Positions 37,362 to 51,033 of a stretch of DNA of 64,000 nt are shown here, in pieces; the stretch's first letter is position 1; each line of letters begins with the position of its first letter. Both the position numbers and the translations under genes were made by a program. A model generated the notes under the pieces. That model had not been told where the DNA came from. It saw only the letters and a list, made by a program, of their open reading frames with translations, and ran no database searches. This DNA comes from Octopus sinensis (taxonomy: Eukaryota), in NCBI RefSeq assembly GCF_006345805.1, contig NC_043004.1, positions 50,654,001-50,718,000 of the forward strand, in the 5' to 3' direction.

Positions 37362-37366
<5 letters not shown>
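36407..37366 (+). mobile_element. Element bounded by direct repeats of about 122 bp (family H), Penelope-like architecture
   Basis: 36407-36528 and 37246-37366 are near-identical; related sequence at about 63320-63485 (-). Confidence 0.6.
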
Positions 37367-37407
<41 letters not shown>

Positions 37408-37422
37408 TATACATACATATAT

Positions 37423-37475
<53 letters not shown>

Positions 37476-38501
37476 CAATATACATACATACAACACATAC
37501 TCTTTACTCTTTTACTCGTTTACTTGTTTCAGTCATTTGACTGCGGCCATGCTGGAGCACCGCCTTTAGTCGAGCAAATCGACCCCAGGACTTATTCTTC
37601 AAATACGTACATACATACATACATACATATATATATATATATATTTATATGGAATTTCTCGAAACCCACACGTATAAATCTGCAAATAATAGCATGCAAA
37701 TATTGTGCTGCAAAGCCTGTTTTGAATAGAAAAGTCGAAGGGTGCCCGCCCGACGGATTCACCTTCCCTCGTAAGTTTATATAATTCTTATGATGTCAAC
37801 AATGTGTGTGTGTGTGTGTGTGCTCATATTATATGTGCGTATGTGTGTGAGTGTGTGTGTGTGTGTGTGGATAGATAGATAGATCATATGTACGTTTGTA
37901 TGTATCTGTGACTGAGTTTGTCCCACCACCATCGCTTGACAACCAATGTTGGTGTGTTTACGTTCCTGTAACTCAGCGGTTCCACCTAAGAGACCGATAT
38001 AAGTACTAGGCTTTCATAAATATTTTATAGATATATCATATTTTACATTATATAGATATATGTATAATATATTAAATTTTGGAGATGTATTTGTATATAC
38101 ATATTTGTATGCATTTAAGTATGTATGTATGTATGTACACACACACACAAATTCAAACAAACGCACACCCGCGGTTGCGCGCGCACACGCACATGCACAA
38201 ACACACTTACACACACACACACATACGCAGTCATAAATTGGTCTCTCAATTAATCAGGTCGTGTGTCTGCTACAAACTTTTACAACTTAAGACTATCATA
38301 AATAAGTGGCAGGCTGTTGTTTTGTGATTAATTAGTGTTTGAAGAAAAGCTGTTGTGTGCTCTCTTCTGATTGGCTGCAAATATATGCCAACCAACCACA
38401 ATAGAGTCTTGCTGATGTTTTTCGAAGTTGTAAACATTTTCAGTCTTTAGTTTTTGTTTTTCAATATCTGTGAATCCCAGTCCTGGTTTTTAACTAATAT
38501 A

Positions 38502-38734
38502 TATTTCTTTACTACCCACAAGGGGCTAAACACAGAGGGGACAAACAAGGACAGACAAAGGAATTAAGTCGATTACATCGACCCCAGTGCGCAACTGGTA
38601 CTTAGTTTATCGACCCCGAAAGGATGGAAGGCAAAGTCGACCTCGGCGGAATTTGAACCCAGAACACTTAACGGCAGACGAAATACGGCTACACATTTCG
38701 CCCGGCGTGCTAACATTTCTGCCAGCTCGCCGCC
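38502..38734 (-). mobile_element. SINE family B, full length
   Basis: Reverse complement ggcggcgagctggcagaaatgttagcacgcc...gggttcaaattccgcc...ccccttgtgggtagtaaagaaata. Confidence 0.9.
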
Positions 38735-38971
38735 CTCAAACTAATATAACTAATTAATATAGACTCACCGTACGGGAATGCTTAGCGGTATTTTGTCCTG
38801 CTCTTTGCGACATTAGTTCAAATATCGCCGAGCTCAACTTTGCCTTTCATCCTCTCCGCTTCGGAGACGATAAAATAAAGAACCAGTCAAATATTGGAGT
38901 CGAAGTTATTGACTGCCTCCCTTTCCTCTTCAATTGCTGGCCTTGTGCTAAAATTAGAAAAAATTATCAAA

Positions 38972-39193
38972 GTAGGGGTAGGAGTGGCTGTGTAGTAAGT
39001 AGCTTGCTTACCAGTCACATGGTTCCGGGTTCATTCCCAATGCGTGCCACCTTGGGCAAGTGTCTTCTTCTATAGCCTCGGGCCGACCAAAGCCTTGTGA
39101 GTGGATTTGGTAGACGGAAACTGAAAGACGTCCGTCGTATATATGTATATATGTATATATGTGTGTGTGTATATGTTTGTGTGTCTGTGTGTA

Positions 39194-39234
<41 letters not shown>

Positions 39235-39438
39235 CTATGTTTGTCCCCCAACATCGCTTGACAACCGATGGTGGTGTGTTTACTTCCCGTAACCTAGCGG
39301 TTCGGCATAAGATACCGATAGAATAAGTATTAGGCTTCCAAAGAATAAGTCCTGGGGTCGATTTGCTCGACTAAAGGCGATGCTCCAGCATGGCCGCTGT
39401 CAAATGAAGGAAACAAGTAAAAGAGTAAAAGAGTAAAG
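38972..39438 (+). mobile_element. SINE family A, full length
   Basis: Head, internal (TG)n and 3' module all present. Confidence 0.9.
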
Positions 39439-40343
39439 GCGGCAAGCTTGTTGAATTGTTAGCGAACCGGACAAAATGCTTAATAACGTTTCTTCCGGTT
39501 CTTTACTTTTTGAGTTCAAATACCGCTGAGGTTAACATTGCTTTTATCCTTTCAGAATCGTATAAAATAATGTAGCAGGTACGTTCTTGGGTTGTAGTAA
39601 TGTTAAGAAGCTCGTTGGATGAACTATAGCTACTCCATCGTCGTTAAAGCAATGTATCTGCCCAGTTTAACAGCAACATGATGTGTGTGTGGTGTGTGTG
39701 TGTGCGCGCGCGCGTGTGTGTGTGTGTGTGTGTGGTTTATGTGTGTTTGTTTCCATCACCACTTGACAGCCAGTGTTTGTTTGTTTTTAAATACCGTAAC
39801 TTTGTGGTTCGGCAGAAGAGATGAAAGCATGACTCAGAAATAGTACCGGGGTAGATGTGATTGACTATACCCTTCGAGACGATGCCGTAGCATGGATGCA
39901 TTCCAATGACTGAAACAAGTAAAAAAAAACAAAATATAAATATCGACAGGTAAATGCAACAATTGTACTGCACTCAGCAGACTCCAGGTCCACGCTAATT
40001 GCAGGTCCGAGGAAGGTGAATAATAAACAAATAACAGCAGACGGATTGTGGTTCATTCACTACAGCTGTTTCAGGTGAATATATGCACGAATTGAACATT
40101 TTAATCGTTCGCCAGAGAGTCATGAAATGGTACATACATATATTCAAGGAATGTCTTTTTTTTTTTCATGTTTTTAAATGTTTATTTCGTGCATTTATTA
40201 TTCACCTGATGAAAACGTTTCTTTTTTTTTCGCATTACGTAATAACTCTATTTAAAAAAAAACACGTCTGAAACAGCTGTAGGGAGTGTACCACCATCCA
40301 CCTATTGTTTTATATATATATACATGTGTATGTGTGTGTGGGT

Positions 40344-40378
<35 letters not shown>

Positions 40379-40426
40379 ATCAAATAAGCAGTAGCTGCTC
40401 AGTTGACAGCAGCGGCGTTAGCAGCC

Positions 40427-40428
40427 AC

Positions 40429-40498
<70 letters not shown>

Positions 40499-40544
40499 TT
40501 GTAGTAGTGGTGATGGTGGTGTGGGGGTGGTAAGTAGTAGTATA

Positions 40545-40581
<37 letters not shown>

Positions 40582-40625
40582 GGTGGTGGTGGTGGTGGTA
40601 GTAGTAGTAGTAGTAGGAGTAGTAA
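40427..40625. repeat. (GTA)n/(GTG)n microsatellite
   Basis: Directly visible. Confidence 0.95.
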
Positions 40626-41465
40626 GCTGTTTTTGTTTGTCTTTTCCGTAGTTATCACAGCATCTGAGTACGACAGGCATGTTTCAAATCACATCCCGAG
40701 TTATATTTCAGATTTTGGTTATGTCATCCATCAGACTTTCAATCCGACCATGACCTACACGTTGTTTTTTCTAACCAGCACTCAACACTCCTTTAAACAG
40801 ACTGACACACTCCGGTTACCTTCCACCCGTAACTTAGATACCTCACACTGGACACACAATACGTCTGTTTACAGACATCTTGAACGTAACTCTTAATGGC
40901 GGTACAACACGACGACCTAGTCTACATCAAAATATCACGAATACACACATTTTAGTAATTATTTCTTTGAAAAATCGATATTGTGTTGGCAAAAGAAAAT
41001 TAAAAAGGAAAGACACACCTGGTTTTATTTATATGAAACAAATGCTTTATCACCTGATTTACTCCTTACTCTTTACTCTTTACTTGTTTCAGTCATTTAA
41101 CTGCGGCCATGCTGGAGCACCGCCTTTAGTTGAGCAAATCGACCCCAGGACTTTTTCCTTGTAAGCCTAGTACTTATTCTATCGGTCTCTTTTGCCAAAC
41201 TGCTAAGTTACGGGGACATAAACACACCACCATCGGTTGTCAAGCGATGTTGGGGGGATAAATACAGACACACAAACATTCACCCACACACACATACATA
41301 TATATATATATATTATATATATATATATTATATATATATATATATATATAATATATATATATATATAACGGGAAGCTTTTATGAAAATAGACAAAAGACG
41401 AAGGCAGGTGGAAAACAAACGAACATTGTATTAGTATGGCGCTCAGGAAATATAAATAAAACAAG

Positions 41466-41503
41466 TCTTTAACGTTTCGAGCCTACGCTCTTCAACAGAA
41501 AGA
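41466..41503 (-). ncRNA. Degenerate minimal hammerhead motif (family F)
   Basis: Reverse complement tcttt-CTGTTGA-a-gagc(gtag)gctc-GAAA-cgtt|aaaga; core position A6 replaced by U. Confidence 0.5.
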
Positions 41504-41685
41504 TACACAGAGAGAAAAAAAACACAGAAAGAAGAGAGAAAAAAATGCGTGCAGTAGCTAACGAATCAACATGGCGATCTGATTTCGGCCAGAGGTCAAA
41601 GATCAAACATGAGACGCGAGAGCGAAATAAGGGGAGGTAATAGGGTTGATAATAGGGTTGATAATAGGGTTGAAGGACCAGCTAA

Positions 41686-42032
41686 TAGTGCGTAGGAGGG
41701 GTCTGGACGTGTGTATGTATAGGGTTGGTGTATGTATTAGTATGTATAAGGGTGTGTGTGTGTGTGTGTGTGTGGTGTGTGTGTATGAGAGAGTATTAGT
41801 GCGTAGGATTGGTCTGGACGTGCGTATGTATGGGGTTGGTGTATGTATTAGTATGTATTGGTATGTATTAGTACGTATTAGTATGTATAAGTGTGTGTGT
41901 GTGTGTGTATGAGAGAGTATAAGTGCGTATGAGGGGTCTGGACGTGTGTATGTATAGGGTTGGTGTATGTATTAGTATGTATTAGTATGTATTAGTACGT
42001 ATTAGTATGTATTAGTTGGTGTATGTATTAGT
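41686..42032. repeat. Minisatellite, three units of about 110-120 bp plus (TATGTATTAG)n
   Basis: gtctggacgtg...ggttggtgtatgtattag recurs at about 41700, 41813 and 41936. Confidence 0.85.
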
Positions 42033-42749
42033 ATGGCACATCATATATGATGTCATGTGTAAAGTCGTGTGGTGTAGTGAGGAGAGGAGGGGGAGGGGGA
42101 TAAGAGGGGGGAGAGAAGGGGAGAGGAAGAAGAGGGGTAGGAGAGGGGGGAAGAGGAGAGGATGGGGGATTATATATATATATATACATATATACGACGG
42201 GCTTCTTTCAGTTTCCATCTACCAAATCCACTCACAAGGCTTTGGTCGGCCCGAGGCTATAGTAGAAGACATTTGCCCAAGGTGCCATGCAGTGGGACTG
42301 AACCCGGAACCATGTGGTTCGTAAGCAAGCTACTTACCACACAGCCACTCCTACGCCTTTGTTGACTATGTAAGAGATTCCATTTGAATATCATAGCATA
42401 TTTGTGATGAGGTACACTCTGATACACCATTTAGTTATATAATGGCTAAAACTATAGCGTGAAATCTGGGCTCCCTAAGTTCTTATAGCTAGCGCTGGAT
42501 TAACGATTTAGCAAAATAATTACATGCTTAGGACATCGAGGGGAGGGAGAAGTAACAGAGAAATGATAAATGGTTTACGGCACAAAAGAATCACTTTATA
42601 CTCGCTAAAATAATATTTGAAATAGTTTATATGATCAGAAATATCATTTCGACGTGTTCGTGGTGTCGTAGTGAGGAACCCATTAAAGACATTGCAATTA
42701 AAAAAACGGACAAAATTTTCAAAGAAATCAGTGGAAATATTCAAATATA

Positions 42750-42798
42750 GGCGCCTTGTGAGTGGATTTAGTAGACGGAAACTGAAAAGAAGCCCGTC

Positions 42799-42835
<37 letters not shown>

Positions 42836-43100
42836 TATATATATATATATATATATATGCGTGTGTGTGTTTTGGGTGTCTGTGTTTGTCCCCAGCATTG
42901 CTTGACAACCGATGCTGGTGTGTTTTATGTCCCCGTTACTTAGTGGTTCGGCAAAAGAGACCGATAGAATAAGTACTGGGCTTACAAAAGAATAAGTCCC
43001 GGGGTCGAGTTGCTCGACTAAAGGCGGTGCTCCAGCATGGCCGCAGTCAAATGACTGAAACAAGTAAAAGAGTAAAAGAGAATAAAAGAGTAAGAGTAAA
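42750..43100 (+). mobile_element. SINE family A with most of the head deleted
   Basis: ataggcgc joined directly to cttgtgagtggattt; complete 3' module. Confidence 0.85.
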
Positions 43101-43559
43101 CATCATTTTTCTTATTATTAGTTTTGCTTCATTCAGAAAAATAAAAAAAATATTTTATGGTTTATTATTGTTTATATTTTGAATTTTAAGAGCTTAGGGA
43201 CTCTATGGGCCTTAATCCGATCCTGCTTATAGCTAAGAACGGTTTTACTTCCGAACAGCTGCTGAGTCTATATACCTTGATGAGAATGCAGTTCCCATAT
43301 CCGTGATGTATCTACTGCTTCGCACCATAAATAGTCTTTTTACCAGCTGAGACTTGCAATGACGCAGAAAACAGAGTTGAACATTGTAGAAAATGCAATA
43401 AACCCACCAAATCACTATTCTTTTACAGTAGAGATAAACCAATGTTTCAGAATTTGCAGTATCAATTCTCAACTAGGTATCTTGGGGGTAGTGAATCTGT
43501 GCAGTTATTTAATAAAACAAACCAACACCACTAAAGGAAACATTGCTTAAAAGAGAAAA

Positions 43560-44165
43560 GAAAAAGCAAGGGGGAAACTGATAAAATTGTATTAAATATG
43601 GAAGAATGAAAGAGTATTAGGATATAAGAAAAGAGATCAAGGTAGATATAACATCGCAGATGAAGAGTTCTGTTGTGAATGTAGAAAAACAAAAGATACT
43701 ATGTAGTTGAAAAACTTTAAAAAGCAGTATAAGAAATATATGGTAAAACAAATGAAGTCAATTACAGTAAATACAGGGTTAAACAAAGAGGTAGCATTAA
43801 GGACAAAAGGAGAACATACTGTTTGAGTACGCGCAGATTACATTTACATCGGTTGAACACAAAGGACTTACGTCGATGAGAACAGATGTGGTTTATACCC
43901 ATTTATGACGTTGTTAATAGAAGCAAAAATTTTCAAGAAGTAAAAAGAAGGTATAAAGATGGAAAGGCAAGTGGACAGATGAAATACTAAATGACACATT
44001 AAAAGCATTTAGATAATCGCAACCAACAGTTAGTTATATATGAAAGTGAACAAATACCAAATGAGATGACTGTTCCATTACCAAAGAAACCAAAAGTTAA
44101 GGACAGGACAGAGTTTAGAACTATATGCCTAAGATGTCTTCTGAGTAAACTATTCCTAAAACCAT
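43560..44165 (+). mobile_element. RTE-like LINE fragment (start of RT), highly decayed
   Basis: KDGKASGQ, QIPNEMTVPLPKKPKVKDRTEFRTICL..KLFLK. Confidence 0.6.
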
Positions 44166-44174
44166 CCAATAAAA

Positions 44175-44440
44175 ATATTACACTAAAACCTCCGTTTGTC
44201 CTTACTGGCCATTGATGAAGGTGTTACATGTCCACCTTGCTGGATCACCATTGCCTGTGGTTGAAGAGTCCGATGCTGGTATGACAGTCTCTGTCACACA
44301 AACCGTACTTGTTGGCTTTCCAGTGTTTTCAGTTGTAGCAATGACTTTTAACTGGTAACTGTTGCTCTCCGAGTTGTATCGACACCGAAGGCGAGATGGG
44401 AGTGTCCTCTCCAGTGTGCTATCCGGTTCTATCTTTCAAA
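44175..44440 (-). mobile_element. RTE-like LINE 3' end
   Basis: Reverse complement encodes LCDRDCHTSIGLFNHR, typical of RTE C-termini. Confidence 0.55.
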
Positions 44441-44991
44441 TATAGGATATTCGATAGGATCTAAGCTTGTGCAGTATAGTATGGAGGACGGGTTGCTGTC
44501 CATATAGCGAGCTCCTCTTCTCCATGTCACTGATGGATCCAAAAAAACAACGCTGTCGTTACAAATTGACGCAAGCATTGTCGCAGGAGTTCCAGAAGGA
44601 AGTTGTAAATAACGTTAAACTGTCTAAGGAGCTCTGACATCCGATTTTCCCTAAGGGTTTAGTCCCGAAGCCTTTACCATAGCTGGGTCCCTTAGACGTG
44701 GAATTCCCTAACGAGATTTTTTTTTTTTCATTTTCTATTGACATCCATATTCATTAATGTCTGCGTAACACGGAAATCAGTACGCTCTGAAAATCTTACC
44801 GTATCATGATTTCCGTAACGTAGAAGCGCTCACAAGTCTCGGAAGCTCTATCTTCCTTCCAAACTAGAAAGTATGGGGGAAAAAAGACGTCATATGAGCC
44901 AACGACCTACTAGAAATTAGTGCTGAATTCCCCTCAAATCACCGTCTATTACCTTAAATACAGAAACAAGACATTGGACTGTAGTCATATA

Positions 44992-45377
44992 CTAGCAGTA
45001 TCGCCCGGCGTTGCTCAGGTTTGTAAGGGAAATAACTATAAAGCATTTTTAGAGAGTTATAGCCAAAAAATAGCAAAATGGAAAATGATGAAAAAAAAAA
45101 AATGTTTTTGTTTGAGTTAAAAAAGGTGGAGTTGCGTCCCCTAGACAGTTTGTGTTTTGTGTTTCTGATTCTCGACCCCATGTCGAATTTATCGATTTTT
45201 TTCAGAACTGGGGGAACTTTTCAAAATTTTCTCTGCGTTAGTTTTGAATTATGACATTGGGCTATGTGTGTGTCAAGTTTCATCATAATCGGTTGAAAGC
45301 CGTGGTCAGGGTGAGGGTACAAGCAAACAGACACACAGAAACACGCACAGACAAACTGCCGTTTATATAGAGAGAGA
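44992..45377 (-). mobile_element. Non-autonomous Helitron
   Basis: 5' a|tctctctctatataaac; 3' gagcaacgccgggcgatactgCTAG|t, same 3' end as 21524-21915. Confidence 0.8.
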
Positions 45378-46588
45378 TATGCTGTCTGAAATTTACGATG
45401 GGATGGTCAAAGCTGAAATATCATTGGCCATAGGCTTGATCAGGGTTAGCTACATGGTAAGGACGTGTTCGTGAATGCAGGGCCACTGACGTTATAAGTG
45501 GTCATTCCACCTGCTAAACAAAGCAGCTAAATCTTCGTTCAAACCAAAGTATTTTTAAAAAATCGAATTTTCAGCCTACCATCTTAAACACGTCAGCCCT
45601 AGGTAGCCCTAGATATAAAGTTTGAATTAAGACTGGATTATCTCGGCCGGAACGCCTTTCTTTACAGGTCAGCAAGCTCATGGCAAACCTGGGGCTAAAA
45701 CAATAATAATTACAACAAGAATATCTGGTAGAACTCCGTCGTTCAATTAACTGAGTCATCTGTCCATTGAATGAAAGTGTAAGCGCCTGAGTACTCCACA
45801 GACATGAGTAGCCTTAACGTAATTCTCAGGAAGAAACAGTGTGAAACAAAGTTGTACCTTTGCACTTCTGGAACAATCCATTCGGCGGTGCTCTATTCAG
45901 TTTCACTCATAAGGTATGGCACAATAAAAAATGAAAATTACGCACAATGCCAAACACAGAGAGCGAACTCAAGTTTTTGGGTTGCTCAGCGAACTTCTTA
46001 CCCATTCAGCCATAATGCCCCACTATACGCTTATCTCAAAAAAATACTATGTTAGTGTAGTTCATTATCTCCTCGTGGTGTCTGCTGTCAGCGTATACAG
46101 ATTGGCCTGTCTGAGCATGCAGCAGTGTTTAAATACCTGTGAAAATATGTAGCTGTCAATGTGTGTGTGGGCATGAAAGGATGTGTGTATGTGTGCGTGT
46201 CTGTACGTGTGTTTGTGTTTGTGTGTGTGTGTGTGTGTTGTGTGTGTGTGTGTGTGTGAGTGTGTGAGTGTACTTGAGTGAGAGAACGAGTCAATTAGAA
46301 TGCCTTTCTTCGAACGTGTATATCAATAAAAACTGTAACTATGTGTGTGTACCTATGCATATCTATTTTGATTGTATGTCTGTCTATTTCTCTATGTGTA
46401 TGTGTGGATGTGCGAGTGCCTGAGCATATGTGTGTACACGTGTGTGTACATGTATCTATAATATATATATATATATATATATATTATAGATACATATACA
46501 CACACGCACACACACATATATATAGATACTCACGGACACACAGACACACATACGCACACACACGCACATGTATGCACATACTCACGCG

Positions 46589-46619
<31 letters not shown>

Positions 46620-46786
46620 TCATAAATGAATCCCCAGTGCTAAATAGGAAATATACGTAGAACATAGTCATACCCCAATACCCACAGCTTATATACACAT
46701 AGGCTGTTATGTAGACGTATATGTGTGTGTATGTGTGCGGGTATGTGTGCGTGTATATATATATATATAATATATATATATTCATA

Positions 46787-46969
<183 letters not shown>

Positions 46970-47034
46970 CGTGCGTGTTTATGTTTAAGTATATGTCTAT
47001 GTATTATATATATATGTGTGTGCGAGCGTGTGTG

Positions 47035-47440
47035 TAGGCGCAGGAGTGGCTGTGTGGTAAGTAGCTTGCTAACCAACCACATGGTTCCGGGTTCAGTCCC
47101 ACCTTGGGCAAGTGTCTTCTACTATAGCCCCGGGCCGACCAATGCCTTGTGAGTGGATTTGGTAGACGGAAACTGAAAGAAGCCCGTCGTATATATGTAT
47201 ATATATATGTATGTGCGTGTATGTTTGTGTGTCTGTATTTGTCCCCCTAGCATTGCTTGACAACCGATGCTGGTGTGTTTATGTCCCTGTCACTTAGCGG
47301 TTCGGCAAAAGAGACCGATAGAATAAGTACTGGGTTACAAAGAATAAGTCCCGGGGTCGAGTTTCCCGATTAAAGGCGGTGCTCCAGCATGGCCGCAGTC
47401 AAAATGACTGAAACAAAGAAAAAAAAAGAAAGAAAGAAAA
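47035..47440 (+). mobile_element. SINE family A, full length
   Basis: aggcgcaggagtggctgtgtggtaag head, internal microsatellite, 3' module. Confidence 0.92.
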
Positions 47441-48035
47441 AGAGATATATACATGTGTGTGTGTGCGTATGTGTGTGTGTGTGTGCGTATGTGTGTGTGT
47501 GTGTGCGTGTGTGGTGACGGGGGCATGCATGCGTGTGTTTTTGCGCATATGTGTGTATGAGTAATACGATGAGGTGGTTTCGTTAACGGAGGTGTGTAGA
47601 ATCTACGTAACTGCCTACATCACAGACGGTTGTGTGTGTGTGTGCTTACATGTCTATCCGTGTGGATGCATGCTATAGGGTGTGAATGTATACGGGCAAA
47701 TATGCATATACATATGCGTGTGTATCTATATGTGAATGTGTGTTCGAACGCGTGTGTGCGTTTTGTGTATAGGTCCTACATATGCATACATATAAATAGA
47801 CACACTCCCACTACTCATACAAGTACGCATTTACACTGCGTAGTTTCGTATGCACACTTCGTATGCATACATATCTAGGGCACAAATATACTCACTAACA
47901 TGCATACATACATACATACACATACATACACATATATACATACATACACACACATACATACATACATACATACATACATACATACATACATACATGTGTA
48001 CATATATATATTCATATATATATATAATATATATC

Positions 48036-48075
<40 letters not shown>

Positions 48076-48099
48076 TAGATAGATAGATAGATAGATAGG

Positions 48100-48134
<35 letters not shown>

Positions 48135-48536
48135 GATCGGCAAAAGATAGATAGATGGCAAAAATAGATGGATAGATAGAAGATAGATAGATAGATAGAT
48201 AGATGATAGATAGATAGATAGATAGATATAGATAGTATATAATCGAACGTGCATAAACACCAATCGCACCAAGTTTTAAAGAATACACACACGGAGAGAA
48301 ACGCACTTATGTCCACACGGATAGTTAGTGTTCAAGACAGGTCATCCCTGGCAGACGACTAACGTCCGAGCTGACACATCCATGTGTGTAAGTGTGTGTG
48401 ATTGAGTGTGTGTATACGTGTGTATGTGTATGTGGGTGGGTGAGTGTGAGTGTTGTGTGTGAGTATGTGTGAGAGTGTTGAGTGTGTATATGTGCGTCGG
48501 TACGTGTGTGTTGGTACGAGTGGTGCGTGTGTGGTG

Positions 48537-48636
48537 NNNNNNNNNNNNNNNNNNNNNNNNNNNNNNNNNNNNNNNNNNNNNNNNNNNNNNNNNNNNNNNN
48601 NNNNNNNNNNNNNNNNNNNNNNNNNNNNNNNNNNNN
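48537..48636. other. Assembly gap (100 N)
   Basis: Directly visible. Confidence 1.
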
Positions 48637-49124
48637 TTGCCAAACTAATACAATATACTCACACAGATACACAAACACATACATATATATATACTCGTAC
48701 AGGCATGTATTCACACTCACCGCATATATGAATATACATGTATGTACATATGTATAGATATACACATACATACATATACACCCTCCTATCAACGCACAAC
48801 AGCAGATATACATACATGCACGCGTAGACATATACACACATACACACAAATACACATTTAATATATGCGAACATACACATATACTCACACACGTATACAA
48901 TCACATAATTAAAAAAGGAAAAATGAAAAAATATTTTTAAATATATACAAAACAATAAAAAATGTTAAGACATATGGAAGGCTTGCACGAGAACATTACA
49001 AAAAAGCAGGTTCTATCCGTGATCTTGGGGGCCTCAAATTGTATCAAGTATTTTGTCGTATGTGAACATGATCCAAAAAGTTCAGTTCTTGAATTTAGAC
49101 ATGTAGTGGGATCTGTGTATGTGA

Positions 49125-49189
<65 letters not shown>

Positions 49190-49381
49190 TGTGTGTGTGT
49201 GTGGTGTTCAAGAAAAGGGGTTCAAGGAATCAAAACCAATGATAGTTCCCAATGTATGTGTATATGTGTGTGCACGTATCTTTTCGTTTGTGTTTGTCTC
49301 CACTCCATTTCACCGCTCGACCGGCTGGTGTTGTTTTGTTTACGCCCCCGTAAAGACGACCCGATTGACAAAGTAGCAGAC

Positions 49382-49442
<61 letters not shown>

Positions 49443-49444
<2 letters not shown>

Positions 49445-50975
49445 GTTTGACTTTTGCTTTATATTTGTACAAGTGGCTCCAAGTCTCACCTAGAGACCTC
49501 AAGATACAACAGGTTGGAAGTTCGTGTTGTTGTTATGCCTAGTGGGCCATATATTTAGTTTTGTATTTAGTGTTGTACTAGTGAATGTCTAAAAAAAAAA
49601 TGAAAATTATGATTGTTTTAAAACTTGAGATTACATAGAAAGTATTTTGCGTAGGATATGAGCAGTTCCCATGAGCACTATCTTTTGAATTTCTGCCATT
49701 TTGGGGTTTCCTGGTATCTGAGTTAGGTAGTGATCAGCCCCTTTTGCTATCATTCCCAGGGCACCTATGACAACAGGTATTGTTTTAGTCTTCAGGTTCC
49801 ACATTTTGCTGATTTCTATTTCCAGATCTTATATTGCTCAGTTTTTGGGAGTCTTGACAGATACATATATCGATTGGGATATCAATGAGAGGCATGTTCT
49901 TTGTTTGAAGTCTTTCAATATGATGTCTGGCCTATTTGCATCTATCTTTCTGTCAGTTTGAATGAGGAGTTCCAGAGGAGTGAGATGTTGTCATTTTCAA
50001 GCACTGGAGGTGGTTTTGTGTTCCACCAGTTTTTTTCATGGGGCAAATCCAGGTTTTTGCAGATTACCAGTGAATATATTGAGCAGCTCTATCATGCCTG
50101 TTGAGATACTCTGTAGGCGCTAGAAGACTGCACTTGGAGACAACATGATCAATGGTTCATTTTGTTGTTGACATACACGACAAGTTGGACGACTGCCGTT
50201 CTTTAATATGTTGGCCTGGTAGTCCTTGTTGGTAGGCATTGATCTTGGCTGCTGATAGATAAACCGTTTTGTTTCAGATTTTAAGCCAGAGGCCATTAGC
50301 CATTGATGTGTCAGGGCTTTGTCAACATCTGCATTATTCGCTCTCTTTGGGTATTTCCATAGAGAGGTTTTTTCTTGCCATTTATCATTCAGAATATCTA
50401 AGGCAGCAGTTTTAGCACGGGTTTTCATGCGTTTAGCTTTTTCTGTACTTGTTTCTTGTATGTCTAATCCGAATTTGTTGTATTCGGAATTCACTTAGAT
50501 ATTTCTTTGCCTGTTTTTACTGAGAGAGTATGATGCTTTCTTGTTTTGTTTTGTTGAAACAAGTTTTAACATCCAGTCCTCAGAGTTTTTCAGGTAGGTG
50601 TCTAGGCCAATTGTAGCATTCTTCATTGTTATTGCCAGTTGTAAAAGTCCATGGCCTCCCCTTTTCTTGGCAGATAAAGTCTTATATATCTGCCTTAGGG
50701 TGGTGCATTCTATGCGTGTCAACAGCTTTCGTATTTTTCTGTCAAGATTACATATTTCAGTAATTGACCAGTTAACGATATTGAAACTGTAAGTCACGAC
50801 TGGTATGGCTAAAGCATTGATCGCTTCGATCCTGTTTCTCGCATTCAGCTCTGTCATGAGTATTGCTCTTTCTCTGCGATAACATTCTCTCCTGATCCTT
50901 TCCTTCATCACTGAATGCCTTATTCCGTCTCCTTCAATTACCCCTAGGTACTTGTAGCTCTCCGCTGGGTCTAAC
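49443..50975 (-). mobile_element. Dong-like (R4 clade) LINE, 5'-truncated, within a (TAA)n tract
   Basis: SYKYLG, NRIEAINALAIPVVTYSFNIVNW, GGHGLLQL, SGLKSETK..TCRVC, QKIVLMGTAHILRKILSM*; (TTA)n on both flanks. Confidence 0.92.

Positions 50976-51033
<58 letters not shown>

Larger units (their letters stand above)
41062..42358 (-). mobile_element. SINE family A split by a family F insertion (3' module about 41062-41290, head about 42190-42358)
   Basis: Both halves are collinear; the intervening 0.9 kb holds family F sequence and minisatellites. Confidence 0.75.

Noticed and set aside
38367-38377. CCAAT-box-like ctgattggctg (and a TGACGTCA motif near 57432)
   Set aside because: Short motifs expected by chance; no linked gene.
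41639-41673. (AATAGGGTTGAT)x3, telomere-like
   Set aside because: 12-bp unit, not TTAGGG; part of a variable minisatellite region.
43245-43472. ITDMGTAFSS resembles an integrase core motif
   Set aside because: Single short motif with no other integrase or LTR features.
46002-46136. Minus-strand segment with strong acceptor (ttttcacag) and donor (gtaaga)
   Set aside because: Stops in all three frames; could only be non-coding or UTR and cannot be supported without transcripts.
48359-48900. ORFs spanning the N run
   Set aside because: Artefacts of the assembly gap and microsatellites.
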